Of a DNA stretch of 64,000 nucleotides, positions 63,619-64,000 are shown piece after piece (position 1 is the first letter of the stretch; each line of letters opens with the position of its first letter). The notes below the pieces were generated by a model that was given only the letters and a program-made list of their open reading frames with translations, did not search any database and was not told the DNA's origin. The translations under genes were made by a program, and so were the position numbers. The stretch is taken from positions 15,852 through 79,851 of the forward strand of contig CADBPM010000073.1 of assembly GCA_902796595.1 (NCBI GenBank), read 5' to 3'. This DNA is from an uncultured Lachnospiraceae bacterium (lineage in GTDB: Bacteria; Bacillota; Clostridia; Lachnospirales; Lachnospiraceae).

Positions 63619-64000
63619 ATGTATATTGAATCAATTGACAAGATCACTAAAATCAAATATAAAGTATCTACTGATAAAGGTCTCCTGTATTTATATACAG
63701 GAGACCTTCGGCGGTACAGGCTGAAATCCGGCGAGGAAGTGCCGGATGAAGTCTATGATGCACTTATGAAGGAAACACTGATTCCGCGATGTCGGAAGAA
63801 GGCATTGGATATACTTACAAGGGCAGACAGAACAAGAAAAGAGCTTGTCAACAGACTTAAAAGAGCAGGCTTTACAGAAGAGCTTATCGATGATGCCATA
63901 GCTTATGTTGATAAATACCATTATATTAATGATGAGAGAGTTGCCGCATCCTATATTGCTTTTAAAGGCGGCCGTAAGAGCAGCAGAGAGCTCGCCAGTG
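63619..64000 (+). CDS. recX: RecA regulator RecX (3' end outside window)
   Basis: Hand translation from ATG 63619 gives MYIESIDKITKIKYKVSTDKGLLYLYTGDLRRYRLKSGEEVPDEVYDALMKETLIPRCRKKALDILTRADRTRKELVNRLKRAGFTEELIDDAIAYVDKYHYINDERVAASY. This shows RecX-type helical repeats in the position after recA. It is open to the window end, so absent from the ORF track. Confidence 0.8.
   Translation, partial: MYIESIDKITKIKYKVSTDKGLLYLYTGDLRRYRLKSGEEVPDEVYDALMKETLIPRCRKKALDILTRADRTRKELVNRLKRAGFTEELIDDAIAYVDKYHYINDERVAASYIAFKGGRKSSRELAS

Noticed and set aside
1-64000. Search for mobile elements, a genomic island, defence or toxin-antitoxin systems, tRNA, rRNA and CRISPR
   Set aside because: I found no integrase, transposase or phage-like ORFs, no flanking direct repeats and no obvious compositional break. 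Every sizeable ORF is either a recognisable core gene or embedded in a core operon. I also recognised no cloverleaf or rRNA-like sequences in the short intergenic regions.

Overview
Core-chromosome window from a low-GC Firmicute. Gene order and the CTT/AAG-rich codon usage look Clostridia or Lachnospiraceae-like, but I cannot verify taxonomy without a database. About 37 kb (1.5-37.9 kb) is one plus-strand flagellar/chemotaxis supercluster laid out like the Bacillus subtilis fla/che operon: topA(3' end)-codY-flgB-flgC-fliE-fliF-fliG-fliH-fliI-fliJ-ylxF-like-fliK-flgD-(TIGR02530-like)-flgE-flbD-motA-motB-fliL-fliM-fliY-cheY-fliO-fliP-fliQ-fliR-flhB-flhA-flhF-flhG-PilZ-cheB-cheA-cheW-cheC-cheD-(small membrane ORF)-sigD-DUF342/FapA-like-(three uncharacterised ORFs). 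It then runs into rpsB-tsf, again as in Bacillus. The rest is housekeeping: manA, convergent pyrBI on the minus strand, an aconitase-family hydratase plus an unknown 187-aa ORF, rimO-pgsA-cinA-like, a lipoprotein, an HI0933-type flavoprotein, ridA, cmk, an ispH-S1 fusion, an orphan cheR, plsX-acpP-rnc-smc-ftsY, ilvA, recA and the 5' part of recX. All genes except pyrBI are on the plus strand, and many are translationally coupled through ATGA or 1-8 nt overlaps. I saw no rRNA, tRNA, CRISPR array, transposase, integrase, phage genes or recognisable defence or toxin-antitoxin genes, and composition looks homogeneous by eye. I do not see a convincing novel multi-gene system. The best leads are the uncharacterised genes around sigD (33028-33345 and 35906-37907), an unusual 198-nt gap between fliE and fliF holding a short ORF and a 9-bp direct repeat, an operon-embedded PilZ protein with an expanded motif spacing, a C-terminally extended FtsY, an unknown ORF after the aconitase-like gene, and several structured intergenic elements. 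All promoter, terminator and operator calls are read by eye and carry modest confidence.
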